Positions 21,688 through 29,881 of a DNA stretch of 32,000 bases are shown here, piece by piece. This stretch comes from Synechococcus sp. A15-28. Its GTDB lineage: Bacteria; Cyanobacteriota; Cyanobacteriia; PCC-6307; Cyanobiaceae. Under the pieces are notes generated by a model. The model did not search any database, was not told the origin of the DNA, and was given only the letters and a program-made list of their open reading frames with translations. Positions within the stretch are counted from its first letter, which is position 1; each line of letters starts with the position of its first letter. Location of the stretch: NCBI RefSeq assembly GCF_014280175.1, contig NZ_CP047931.1:150001-182000 (forward strand), read 5' to 3'. The translations under genes and the position numbers were made by a program.

Positions 21688-22443
21688 TCATGTTAAATCA
21701 CAAGCTAATACATAGTCAGTAATCACATTTGCGCTGTTTCGGGAAGTTCCTTTGATTGAGTATCCTTTTTTCAATAAAAAGTTTAACGCAGCATTATTAT
21801 CTTGATTATTAAGCCTTATTGAGTTTTGCTCAATAATTATAACAGGATTTTTGTTTATTATAGTATTCCATCCTCCGCGTAAAACATTAAATTCAAATCC
21901 TTCGACGTCAATTTTAATTAGACCTATATTTGAATATTTTGTTGTCAATAAAAAACTATCAAGAGGTACACTTTGCGCGTAGTGTTTGGTTGATTTTAAA
22001 AAGGTTCTTTGTTTTCCATCATCGAGGCTATTATGATGACATCCTCCATACATTTTTATTGTTTCAAATTCGTTCCCGAGCGCGCATTTGTAGTGTGTTG
22101 ATTTTGATAAGTCTGCATTAGTACAAAAATCCTCATAAACGACTGGGTCAAAACAGAAAGTATGCGAAAAATCCTTTTGAGAAAAATAAGTAAACTCTCC
22201 AAATCTGCAACCTATATCAAGTGCCAGGTCGAAAGATTTTATATAAGGTCTACTCATCTCATAAAGTACTTTGCAGGGATGATTCTTTGGGTCCATCCAC
22301 CCATTAATGGGATTAAAGATATATTTTTTTTGAATGTAATTTTCTTTTTGCTGATTAGGAAATTGCGTTGGCAACGGAAGGCATTGATGATACATCAGAA
22401 GTGTTTTAAATATATTACACTGGAATGGATGTCTATCCCACAC
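21688..22443 (-). CDS. FkbM-family methyltransferase
   Basis: LDIGCRFGEFTYF (motif I) and IGLIKIDVEGFEFNVLRGG, the hallmark FkbM segment. Confidence 0.8.
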   Translation of the reverse strand: MWDRHPFQCNIFKTLLMYHQCLPLPTQFPNQQKENYIQKKYIFNPINGWMDPKNHPCKVLYEMSRPYIKSFDLALDIGCRFGEFTYFSQKDFSHTFCFDPVVYEDFCTNADLSKSTHYKCALGNEFETIKMYGGCHHNSLDDGKQRTFLKSTKHYAQSVPLDSFLLTTKYSNIGLIKIDVEGFEFNVLRGGWNTIINKNPVIIIEQNSIRLNNQDNNAALNFLLKKGYSIKGTSRNSANVITDYVLACDLT

Positions 22444-22627
22444 TTTTTTGGATGAGACGAGAAATTGACCTTTGTAACAGTTGTCAACAATTGAATGCGC
22501 CTATTTCTATTGCATGGCGCAAATACTTTATTCGCTTTCTCAATAGCAAGCTTGAGCCTAGACTCTGTAGATGTGCCATAATATCAAAATCTTAAGGTCT
22601 TTATTTCATTGAGTAAAGGAATGAAGC

Positions 22628-24250
22628 ATGACTCACTCACTTTCAGACAGTCGATTTAGAAGTGAACTAAAAAAAGCTGTTCGGTTCCTAAAAGATGGAA
22701 ATTTGCATGAAGCTGAAGTGATTCTTCGTGAATTGGCTAGTACGTATAGTCAAAATATTGGTGTTATTGGTAATTTGGCTTGTATTTATATTGAGCTTGC
22801 TAAATATAAAAATGCAATCAGGCTTCTAGAGCATGCTCTAGCATTAAATCCAAATTCTCCAAAGCTAAATTACAATATTGGACTTGCTTTACTTTGCTCT
22901 AAGCAATACAGACAAGCAATACATTATTTGCAGAGGGCTAGGAATTTTTCCCCACAAAATGCCGACGTTTTGAATAATCTTGGGTTGGCTTTTCAGAAGA
23001 ATAATCAACTAAAAGAATCTATTCATTGCTTTAGAGATTCTCTCGAAGTTCGAGCAAGCAATTCTGAAGCACATAATAACTTAGGGGTTTCGTGGTTGAT
23101 TCTTGGTGAATATAGTAAGGCTTTTGCATCATTTAAGACTGCTCTGAAATTCGATAAACTCTCTGTTCAGTCTTGGTCTAACCTTGGTATCGCTTTGAAG
23201 TATCAGGGTAAATTTCAATATTCAATATATGCTTTACGTCATGCTTTGAAATTATTTCCTCATTCACATGAACTGCATTATAATTATGCACTATCACTAT
23301 TTAGTGCTGGTAATTATAGGGAAGCTTGGCAGCATTTTGCTTGGAGGGACGAATTAATTGAAAGGCCTGATTTGATGCAAAAGACCTTTTTTCATTATGA
23401 TAAATTAATTCCTTCTGATTCCTCTATATGCATCTTTTCTGAGCAAGGGCTTGGTGATACCCTTCAATTCTCACGCTACTTTTTGCTCGCATCAAAAACG
23501 TTTAGTGAGATATCCTTTTGTATACCACCTAAGCTTTCATCTCTACTAAAATATTCTGGATTTCCTAGATTGGTTCACAATACTAATACGTTGCCATCTT
23601 CTTTCTATACATATAAATTATTAGACTTGCCTTCATATTATGGGGCTTCTCCATCAAATGCAATTATTTCTTCGAAATACCTAAAAACTCCTCATCATCT
23701 TGTGGATAAGTGGAGATCAAAATTTGCAAAAGCTGGAATTGTTAACCCTATTATTGGCATAAATTGGTCTGGCAATAGACTAGATCTTCGTAAAAAGGGT
23801 CGCGATTTTCCAGCCCAAAATCTTATTGAACATTGCAGTTTGATTGGCCTGCATTTAGTATTTCTTCAACGTGTTCAAGATGAGGATTTTACAAGGTATA
23901 GACCACTTCCTTCTCAGCCTGAGCTCAAATTAATTCAAGAGGAAATTTATCGTTTAGCTGATTCAGACTGTCCAGACGATTTTCTAGAATATGCATCAGT
24001 TGTATGTAGTTGCGATTTGATTATAACTTCTGCTACTACCTTATGTCATCTAGCAGGTGGATTAGGAGTGCCTACTTGGACCTTACTGCAGAAAGTTCCC
24101 GATTGGCGCTGGGGGGCTGAAGAATATCAAACAGGCTGGTATGAATCTATGCGTTTATTTCGTCAAAGATCTGATGGGGATTGGGCAAGTGTAATTGAGG
24201 ACATTAAGCTTGAACTAAGTATCAAGTATTTTCTTGGTATTGGTGTTTAA
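22628..24250 (+). CDS. TPR-repeat protein fused to a glycosyltransferase family 9-like (heptosyltransferase-like) domain
   Basis: About 6-7 TPR units in aa ~10-235 (repeated A..Y/F..AL...P..A...NLG pattern). The C-terminal half has GLGDTLQFSRY (23447-23479), IGINWSGN, and ATTLCHLAGGLGVPTWTLL, typical of GT9-like GT-B domains. An AGGA lies 7 nt upstream of the ATG. Confidence 0.75.
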   Translation: MTHSLSDSRFRSELKKAVRFLKDGNLHEAEVILRELASTYSQNIGVIGNLACIYIELAKYKNAIRLLEHALALNPNSPKLNYNIGLALLCSKQYRQAIHYLQRARNFSPQNADVLNNLGLAFQKNNQLKESIHCFRDSLEVRASNSEAHNNLGVSWLILGEYSKAFASFKTALKFDKLSVQSWSNLGIALKYQGKFQYSIYALRHALKLFPHSHELHYNYALSLFSAGNYREAWQHFAWRDELIERPDLMQKTFFHYDKLIPSDSSICIFSEQGLGDTLQFSRYFLLASKTFSEISFCIPPKLSSLLKYSGFPRLVHNTNTLPSSFYTYKLLDLPSYYGASPSNAIISSKYLKTPHHLVDKWRSKFAKAGIVNPIIGINWSGNRLDLRKKGRDFPAQNLIEHCSLIGLHLVFLQRVQDEDFTRYRPLPSQPELKLIQEEIYRLADSDCPDDFLEYASVVCSCDLIITSATTLCHLAGGLGVPTWTLLQKVPDWRWGAEEYQTGWYESMRLFRQRSDGDWASVIEDIKLELSIKYFLGIGV

Positions 24251-24519
24251 GTATCAAGAAGATTCTTGTTATATTTTTATTCGATTCTAGATTAGTGGTA
24301 TATTGATTTTGGTTTTTTGGTTAATCCTGATCCCTAATCAGTAAACACATCGTTGTACATGGCGCCTACCTTGAACGTACTTGCAAGTGTTATTTGAAAT
24401 AAATCGTCATTAACGTGTACCCTTTTGTGAGTATTTTATTAATCAATTAAATCTTGTCTGTTTTGCTGGGGCGGCTTGTTGTTTACGCTTCATGGATATA
24501 CGAATAGACATATATTAAT

Positions 24520-25734
24520 TCATTTGCTAATCCCAGTCATTCCTGGATATGAACTAAAGCTAATAATCTTTTGAATTCCACTGTATCTCTTTCCGCTCGG
24601 CAAGTGAGTAATTGATTCGTTTCCGAATTCATGATAAATCTTGCTAACCGCATTGGAAAAAGTTGATTCAGAGTCTTTCATGTATTGAATTGATTTTAAG
24701 TATCCATTAAAAGCAATTTCCATAGATTGCTGGTCATTTCTACTGCACCATTCTACTATATCTTCTATATTTGAGAAATCTTTTTTGACTGGTATATAAT
24801 CTCGCCAGGGTTTCATATACATATCAATGCATAGGAGATTTTCATTATCTTCTTCTCTTAATACTAGGCTGCCTTGTAAATGCCGAAAAATAGTTCCCCA
24901 TGCCCTTACAGATCCTTTGATGTCAGGGAAATATTTATAGCCAAAGAACTCCTTATTGCTTATTTCTTTTGCAGTGATTTTATGTATTTTGCCCGAGATA
25001 TTTTCGATATTGTGGGTATTTCGTGTTATTTTCATGTCAATATTCTTTTTGCCTTGATGTATGAGGCATAAATGTGTTCTTAAGTTAGCTTTCATTCCGC
25101 CTGCGCTTCTGTATATGTTGGGGCCGTTTGCGCCTCCTCTCCAAAAAAGTATGCTTTTCTTTTCCCTCCAGATTTTTTTATGAATTACTCGCATTCTACC
25201 GATATTAGAGGGATTAGTCATATATTCGAAAAGTTCACTGTTAAGTTCTTTGTATGCTATTAGAAGTCTTGCGTCGTATTCTGTGGGTATGAGAAAATTT
25301 TGATCGCCGCCTGAGTTATGTGAGATGTCTGATGTTAGTGCTGGACTCCAAGAGCAGTGATCATTTGTATTTATTGGTATCAGGCAATTTTCTAAGTCTT
25401 CTCTTTTTAAAAACTCTGCGATCGCTTTCCTGTACGCGCAAAGAATCCACTCGCCTCGATTGTGCATTGTTAGTTTATTGATATAGATATTTTTTCTGCT
25501 TTTGCAAAGTCCTCTTTTTGGTATATTGATTATATTGAGGTTGTAATTTCCGGAGGTTTTTTTTTGGAATGCTAAGGCAAGCATCGAATGGCCTAGTGTT
25601 TCTTCGCAATTAATTGGAAGTCCTAAGCAATAGTCTTCAATTAATATATTTTTGGCCAACTTTTTCCCGATATTTTCATAAATAATCTGAGATGGCGTTT
25701 TTGCTATATCCTGAGGTATTTCGAAAATGTTCAT
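24520..25734 (-). CDS. glycosyltransferase family 90 (CAP10 / LPS-modifying, protein O-glucosyltransferase-like) protein
   Basis: ILFWRGGANGP ... YKYFPDIKGSVRAWGTIFRHLQGSLVLREE ... MKPWRDYIPVKKDFSNIEDIVEWC follows the characteristic GT90 motif order. Confidence 0.6.
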   Translation of the reverse strand: MNIFEIPQDIAKTPSQIIYENIGKKLAKNILIEDYCLGLPINCEETLGHSMLALAFQKKTSGNYNLNIINIPKRGLCKSRKNIYINKLTMHNRGEWILCAYRKAIAEFLKREDLENCLIPINTNDHCSWSPALTSDISHNSGGDQNFLIPTEYDARLLIAYKELNSELFEYMTNPSNIGRMRVIHKKIWREKKSILFWRGGANGPNIYRSAGGMKANLRTHLCLIHQGKKNIDMKITRNTHNIENISGKIHKITAKEISNKEFFGYKYFPDIKGSVRAWGTIFRHLQGSLVLREEDNENLLCIDMYMKPWRDYIPVKKDFSNIEDIVEWCSRNDQQSMEIAFNGYLKSIQYMKDSESTFSNAVSKIYHEFGNESITHLPSGKRYSGIQKIISFSSYPGMTGISK

Positions 25735-25979
25735 CTTTTTTTATGGTAACAAGTTAAATTTACACTGCTTATGGTTCTCATGCAATTGCCGTTTGTCGAT
25801 TTGGGTATGACTGCGATATTTCACAGCATCTACAGGCGGTTATGTGTTGTGTTGGGATTTTGACGTTGGTCTATGACCAAGACACTTGCTTTGATTTCGC
25901 TTTTTGGCTCGTGCCTCGCGTTCGAGCGTTTAGGTTGACTTGCATTTTTAGTTATATTTGATTAATTACAATGAAATTG

Positions 25980-26513
25980 TTAAAGATCTAGTAGCCCACG
26001 TGGTGGCGTAAGCAGAATCCATCCCTCTTCTTGTCGCACCTCTGGCACGATTGCCTCCACAAAAGGAATCAGCAGCTTGCGGCCCCCCGATGTGGTGATT
26101 TCCAGCAGGTCGTTGCCGCCGCTGATCAAATCGCTCACGGTGCCAACTGCAGGTCCATTAGCCGTGAGCCGTGCCTCCAGGCCCAGTAGATCGAGCAGGT
26201 GAAATTCCCCCTCTTCCAATTCGGGACGGTCATCCTCTGACACCAGCAGTTCATGGCCCACAAGGGTTTCGGCGGCGCTGCGGCTGTCAATTCCTTCAAG
26301 CCGCACCACAAACAGCGACTTGCCGGGTAGTTGCCGGCCCTTCTTGAGTTGGATCTCCGTCGGCGCAGCCCCCGTACGACTGCGCAGCCAGCGGGGTCCC
26401 GGCTCCGTGAATCGCTCGGGGAAATCACTGGCGGGATTGACCCGAAGTTCCCCTTGCAGCCCTTGGACCCCCACGATCTTGCCGACGCTTAGCCATTCAT
26501 TGCTCTCCGTCAT
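25980..26513 (-). CDS. rimM: 16S rRNA processing protein RimM
   Basis: [20 protein letters not shown]-terminal barrel motif and a PRC-barrel-like C-terminus. I take the start at the internal ATG 26511-26513 (177 aa). The 215-aa track ORF would overlap divergent ndhS. Confidence 0.85.
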   Translation of the reverse strand: MTESNEWLSVGKIVGVQGLQGELRVNPASDFPERFTEPGPRWLRSRTGAAPTEIQLKKGRQLPGKSLFVVRLEGIDSRSAAETLVGHELLVSEDDRPELEEGEFHLLDLLGLEARLTANGPAVGTVSDLISGGNDLLEITTSGGRKLLIPFVEAIVPEVRQEEGWILLTPPRGLLDL

Positions 26514-26568
26514 GCCATCAGCCGCGCACTCTGTCGATAATGGCGCCAGATCCGCCCACGAACGAGCT

Positions 26569-26754
26569 ATGGCGCCTGCAACCGCTCCGATCCTCCCCGG
26601 CTCCACCGTTAACGTCTCGGATGTCAACTCGATCTACAACGGTTACACCGGCTTCGTGCAGCGAATCAGCGGCGACCGTGCGGCAGTTTTGTTTGAAGGC
26701 GGCAACTGGGACAAATTGGTGACCCTGCGGCTGAAGGACCTCCAGCTGGCCTGA
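26569..26754 (+). CDS. ndhS: NAD(P)H-quinone oxidoreductase (NDH-1) subunit S
   Basis: 61 aa, [61 protein letters not shown]. The PG.TV.V....Y.G..G.VQR......[14 protein letters not shown] pattern matches the cyanobacterial NdhS family as I remember it. The gene is hidden inside a longer track ORF. Confidence 0.7.
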   Translation: MAPATAPILPGSTVNVSDVNSIYNGYTGFVQRISGDRAAVLFEGGNWDKLVTLRLKDLQLA

Positions 26755-26758
26755 GGCG

Positions 26759-27583
26759 ATGGACAAGGACCGAAGCCTGCGACAACGGCTCCAGGCCACG
26801 GTGCTGGAAGCCAGCACCGTGGCGGGCAAGACCTACAACGTTGCCATTTTCGGGGCGATTCTGCTGAGTGTTCTGGCTCTGCTGCTGGAACCCGACCCCC
26901 TGGGCAATTCAGCCCTGCGCCAAACCAATGTGCCCTGGATCGATCTGGTTCAGAACGTTTGCTTGGCGGTGTTTGCAGCGGATTTCGTCCTTCATCTGGC
27001 CTTGGTGGAGAGGCCTCGCCGTTACCTGTTCAGCTTCACCGGACTGATTGACGCCTCGGCGGTGCTCTTTTTCTTCGTGCCCCAGGTGCGCAGCGAGTTG
27101 TTGCTGTGGGTGTTCAAGTTCGGCCGCATCCTGCGGGTGTTCAAGCTGCTGAAGTTCATTGATGAAGCTCGGGTGCTCGGTCAAGCTCTGCGGGGCAGTG
27201 CGCGCACCATCTGCGTCTATCTGTTTTTCGTCTTTCTGCTGCAGGTGGTGCTGGGGTACTTCATCTTCGTGATCGAGAGCTCAAACCCTGAGTCCCAGTT
27301 CCAGACGGTGTCCAACGGGGTGTATTGGGCCATCGTCACGATGACGACCGTTGGCTACGGCGATCTTGTCCCTCAGACGGCTCTGGGGCGTTTGCTGGCC
27401 TCCATCGTGATGATGCTCGGCTTCGGAATCATTGCGATCCCCACGGGGTTGCTCACGGTGTCGGGCGTCCGTCACCAGAAGAAGCAGCGGGGACCAATCT
27501 GCTCCAGCTGCGGCCGCCAGGGTCATCGCGATGATGCGCTCCATTGCGATCAATGCGGGGCGTCCCTCCCCGCCAGGGTCTGA
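26759..27583 (+). CDS. voltage-gated-type (6TM) potassium channel with C-terminal zinc-ribbon-like tail
   Basis: Selectivity filter TTVGYGD is encoded at 27344-27364. There is an S4-like FGRILRVFKLLKF and six hydrophobic segments. The tail is CSSCGRQGHRDDALHCDQCG (27500-27556). Confidence 0.85.
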   Translation: MDKDRSLRQRLQATVLEASTVAGKTYNVAIFGAILLSVLALLLEPDPLGNSALRQTNVPWIDLVQNVCLAVFAADFVLHLALVERPRRYLFSFTGLIDASAVLFFFVPQVRSELLLWVFKFGRILRVFKLLKFIDEARVLGQALRGSARTICVYLFFVFLLQVVLGYFIFVIESSNPESQFQTVSNGVYWAIVTMTTVGYGDLVPQTALGRLLASIVMMLGFGIIAIPTGLLTVSGVRHQKKQRGPICSSCGRQGHRDDALHCDQCGASLPARV

Positions 27584-28269
27584 ATCGCTGCTGCTGCAGC
27601 ATTTTGCTCGGCCTCCTTGCGCGAGCCCCCGTGGCCTTCGGCCAACACCTGGTCCGCGACGTGCACTCTGCTGTGGAATCGCTGCGGATCGCCATGCCGT
27701 CGACTCCGTTCTTCGGTGCGGTAGTCCGGCAAGCCCAGCCCCTGACCCTGGCTCCATTCCTGCAGGGCGGTTTTGCCATTGAAGCGATGGGGGGCCTCCA
27801 GCACCGCCGCAGTGGTGGCTTGCCAGTGGGGAGCGAGCCAGTCAATGATCGGCTCCAGGCTGCCGCTGGAGCTGTAGATCGCCCCGATCAGTGCTTCGGT
27901 GGCATCGGCGCGAATCGTCTCACGAGCCGCGGCATCACCCAGCGCTTTCGGACCAAGGATCAGGCAGGATTCGATTTGAATCTGATCCCCCAGCTCGGCC
28001 AGCCAGCGGTCACTCACCAGTTGCGCGCGAAGGCTGGAGCTTTCGCCCACCGTCAGTTCGGGATAGTGCTGATCGAGATACAGCGTTGCCGCTAGCCGCA
28101 GCACGGCATCCCCTAGAAACTCAAGCCGCTCGTTGTGGTCGGCCCGTCCACTCGAGACATGGGTCATGGCGCGTTCCAGCTCGATCAGGAGGGTCGGGTG
28201 ATCCACGGCCTCAACAAGGCCCAGTCGCCTGATCAGGCTCTGCAGTGAGTCGCGACGCGCTTGGTCCAC
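27550..28269 (-). CDS. rnc: ribonuclease III
   Basis: NERLEFLGDAVLRL signature and a C-terminal dsRBD. The start is GTG at 28267-28269. The 3' end overlaps the convergent channel gene by 34 nt. Confidence 0.93.
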   Translation of the reverse strand: MDQARRDSLQSLIRRLGLVEAVDHPTLLIELERAMTHVSSGRADHNERLEFLGDAVLRLAATLYLDQHYPELTVGESSSLRAQLVSDRWLAELGDQIQIESCLILGPKALGDAAARETIRADATEALIGAIYSSSGSLEPIIDWLAPHWQATTAAVLEAPHRFNGKTALQEWSQGQGLGLPDYRTEERSRRHGDPQRFHSRVHVADQVLAEGHGGSRKEAEQNAAAAAIQTLAGRDAPH

Positions 28270-28281
28270 GAAATTAGGGGT

Positions 28282-28663
28282 GAAAGCAGGACATAAGCCG
28301 GGTTCTGTTCACTCCTCCGAAGAGGGTGGGTGGCTATCTATCTGGGACCGCCGTTACCGACGGCCTCGAGCGGCGCGTTAAAGCGGAACGGGGCCAATGG
28401 CCAGCCGTCGTTCCTTGGCCTTGCTCCCAGCCGGGGTTTACCGAGCCAGCACCTCTCGATGCTGCTGGTGCGCTCTTACCGCACCTTTGCACCCTTGCCT
28501 GTGCCTGGGGAATCCCCACGGGGCCATCGGCGGTGTGTTTCTGTGGCACTCTCCTCACGGTCACCCGCACTGGGCGTTACCCAGCAAGCCTGGCCATCAG
28601 GGAGCCCGGACTTTCCTCAGCCGACACTCAAAGAGATCGGCCGCAACCACCTCGCCTGCTTTC
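28282..28663 (-). ncRNA. rnpB: RNase P RNA (bacterial type A)
   Basis: The reverse complement contains GAGGAAAGUCCGGGCUCC, ACAGAAACACACCGCC, GGUGCGGUAAGAGCGCACC, GGUAAACCCC and ACAGAACCCGGCUUAUG. P1 pairs GAAAGCAGG (5') with CCUGCUUUC (3'). The ends are approximate, within a few nt. Confidence 0.9.
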
Positions 28664-28703
28664 AGCCCACATCATGCCTCGGGGGCATAATCAGGGCAGA
28701 TCG

Positions 28704-28777
<74 letters not shown>

Positions 28778-28860
28778 TCAGGAGCGCCGAGATCGGTAGT
28801 GGACGCTACATCTGGTGGGGTGGGCAGATTGTTCTCCACCGCTAGGGTTGCATCAACCGG

Positions 28861-29196
28861 GTGGGTGCCATGACCCAGCTTCACGACCTCCGACTGCGGC
28901 TTCTTGTGCAGCAGGAAAGCGAGCGCATTGCGGACACCCAACCCACGGATCTCGACCTGTCTGTGGTGCAGGCCCGATGCCTGTGCTGGTTGGCTCTGCT
29001 GGCTGAGGCCCATGAAGATCAAGCCGGTGATGCCGAGCGCCGTGGGGACACCGAGCAGGCCATGGGCTGGTTTGCTGACTCCATGCGCCTCCGGGATGTG
29101 ATCGGTGTCGTGTCTTCGATTGAGATTCCTCTTCCAGGAACCATTGAGGACGACGACAAGAGTGCCGAAGACGACCGCGGACCCCTCGCGGCCTGA
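28861..29196 (+). CDS. hypothetical protein
   Basis: GC-rich third codon positions and an ordinary acidic composition, unlike the Arg/Pro/Gly-rich antisense ORF. The start may be GTG 28861 or ATG 28870. No motif recognised. Confidence 0.4.
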   Translation: MGAMTQLHDLRLRLLVQQESERIADTQPTDLDLSVVQARCLCWLALLAEAHEDQAGDAERRGDTEQAMGWFADSMRLRDVIGVVSSIEIPLPGTIEDDDKSAEDDRGPLAA

Positions 29197-29233
29197 TGGG
29201 TGGCGTAGTGTGAATTGAGATCGAGGGACTGCG

Positions 29234-29698
29234 GTGCCGGAAGAGCCCTGTCAATGTCCGGACTGTCAACGGTTCTACCGGGAGCATGACCGGTTGATTC
29301 GTGAGTTCCCAACCCTGCGTCAACAGCAGGAATTGAACTGGGCTGCTCTCCAGTCCTTCCGGACGCTGTCTGGTCGGGTGCTGGAAGATCTGCAGAAACA
29401 CCAGAGCTCGCGTCAGCAGCAGGATCAGGTTCCGTCCAACGCCATGGCACAGCCGGCGTCTGCAGAAGAGTCCAGCGATGGCCTCCAGCAGGCCATGGCG
29501 GATCTCGAGAACATCAATGCGCATCTCTTCTCGATTGAAGCCCTGATGGAGCGCGTGTTTGACGTGCGCGTCCCCGAGGAGATCGAACAGAAATTTCGAG
29601 AGCTTGCCGGCGAACTGGCTCCCGACCCCCTCAACGTTGATCGCCTGCGGTTGAACCGCCTGCTGCACCAGACGCCGGATTTACCCGACCGCAGCTGA
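29234..29698 (+). CDS. hypothetical protein (N-terminal CxCxxC, Gln-rich/coiled-coil-like)
   Basis: 154 codons with a GTG start and core-like codon bias. Contains EEPCQCPDCQRFY. No family recognised. Confidence 0.4.
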   Translation: MPEEPCQCPDCQRFYREHDRLIREFPTLRQQQELNWAALQSFRTLSGRVLEDLQKHQSSRQQQDQVPSNAMAQPASAEESSDGLQQAMADLENINAHLFSIEALMERVFDVRVPEEIEQKFRELAGELAPDPLNVDRLRLNRLLHQTPDLPDRS

Positions 29699-29747
29699 AG
29701 CAGGCGTATCGCTGTGACGCTTACAGCGGCGAGCGATCATGCCCTCC

Positions 29748-29881
29748 TCATCCGCCGCCATGCACAACACGGTGACCGATCAGGCTCACCCTCCGTGCCA
29801 AGGGGAGGCTCTGGTGAAGTCCACCAGAGCCGCCTTGAGGCTGGAGCTGCCCAGGTTGATCACCAGGGACAGATCGCTCAT
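29748..29881 (-). pseudogene. ackA: decayed acetate kinase remnant
   Basis: The minus strand reads MSDLSLVINLGSSSLKAALVD...stop (29881 down to 29786). A different frame then reads LIGHRVVHGGG-stop (29783 down to 29748). V-I-N-x-G-S-S-S-x-K and GHRVVHGG are the two N-terminal acetate/propionate-kinase signatures. They sit only ~20 codons apart, are frameshifted, and the rest of the gene is missing. Confidence 0.55.

Larger units (their letters stand above)
21234..25979. other. low-GC genomic island B (glycosylation genes)
   Basis: An AT-rich block between the 2OG oxygenase gene and rimM. It has three cell-surface-glycan-type genes and long AT-rich spacers. No mobility genes or flanking repeats seen. 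Confidence 0.65.

Noticed and set aside
24255-24268. Hairpin CAAGAA-GA-TTCTTG after the TPR/GT9-like gene as a terminator
   Set aside because: The loop is only 2 nt (effectively a 5-bp AT-rich stem). The downstream run TTATATTTTTATT is interrupted by A residues rather than being a clean T tract. It is too weak to call.
28853-29668. 271-aa minus-strand ORF
   Set aside because: Its translation is Arg/Pro/Gly/His-rich and spans two better-behaved plus-strand ORFs. I judge it an antisense shadow ORF, but without comparative data this is not certain.
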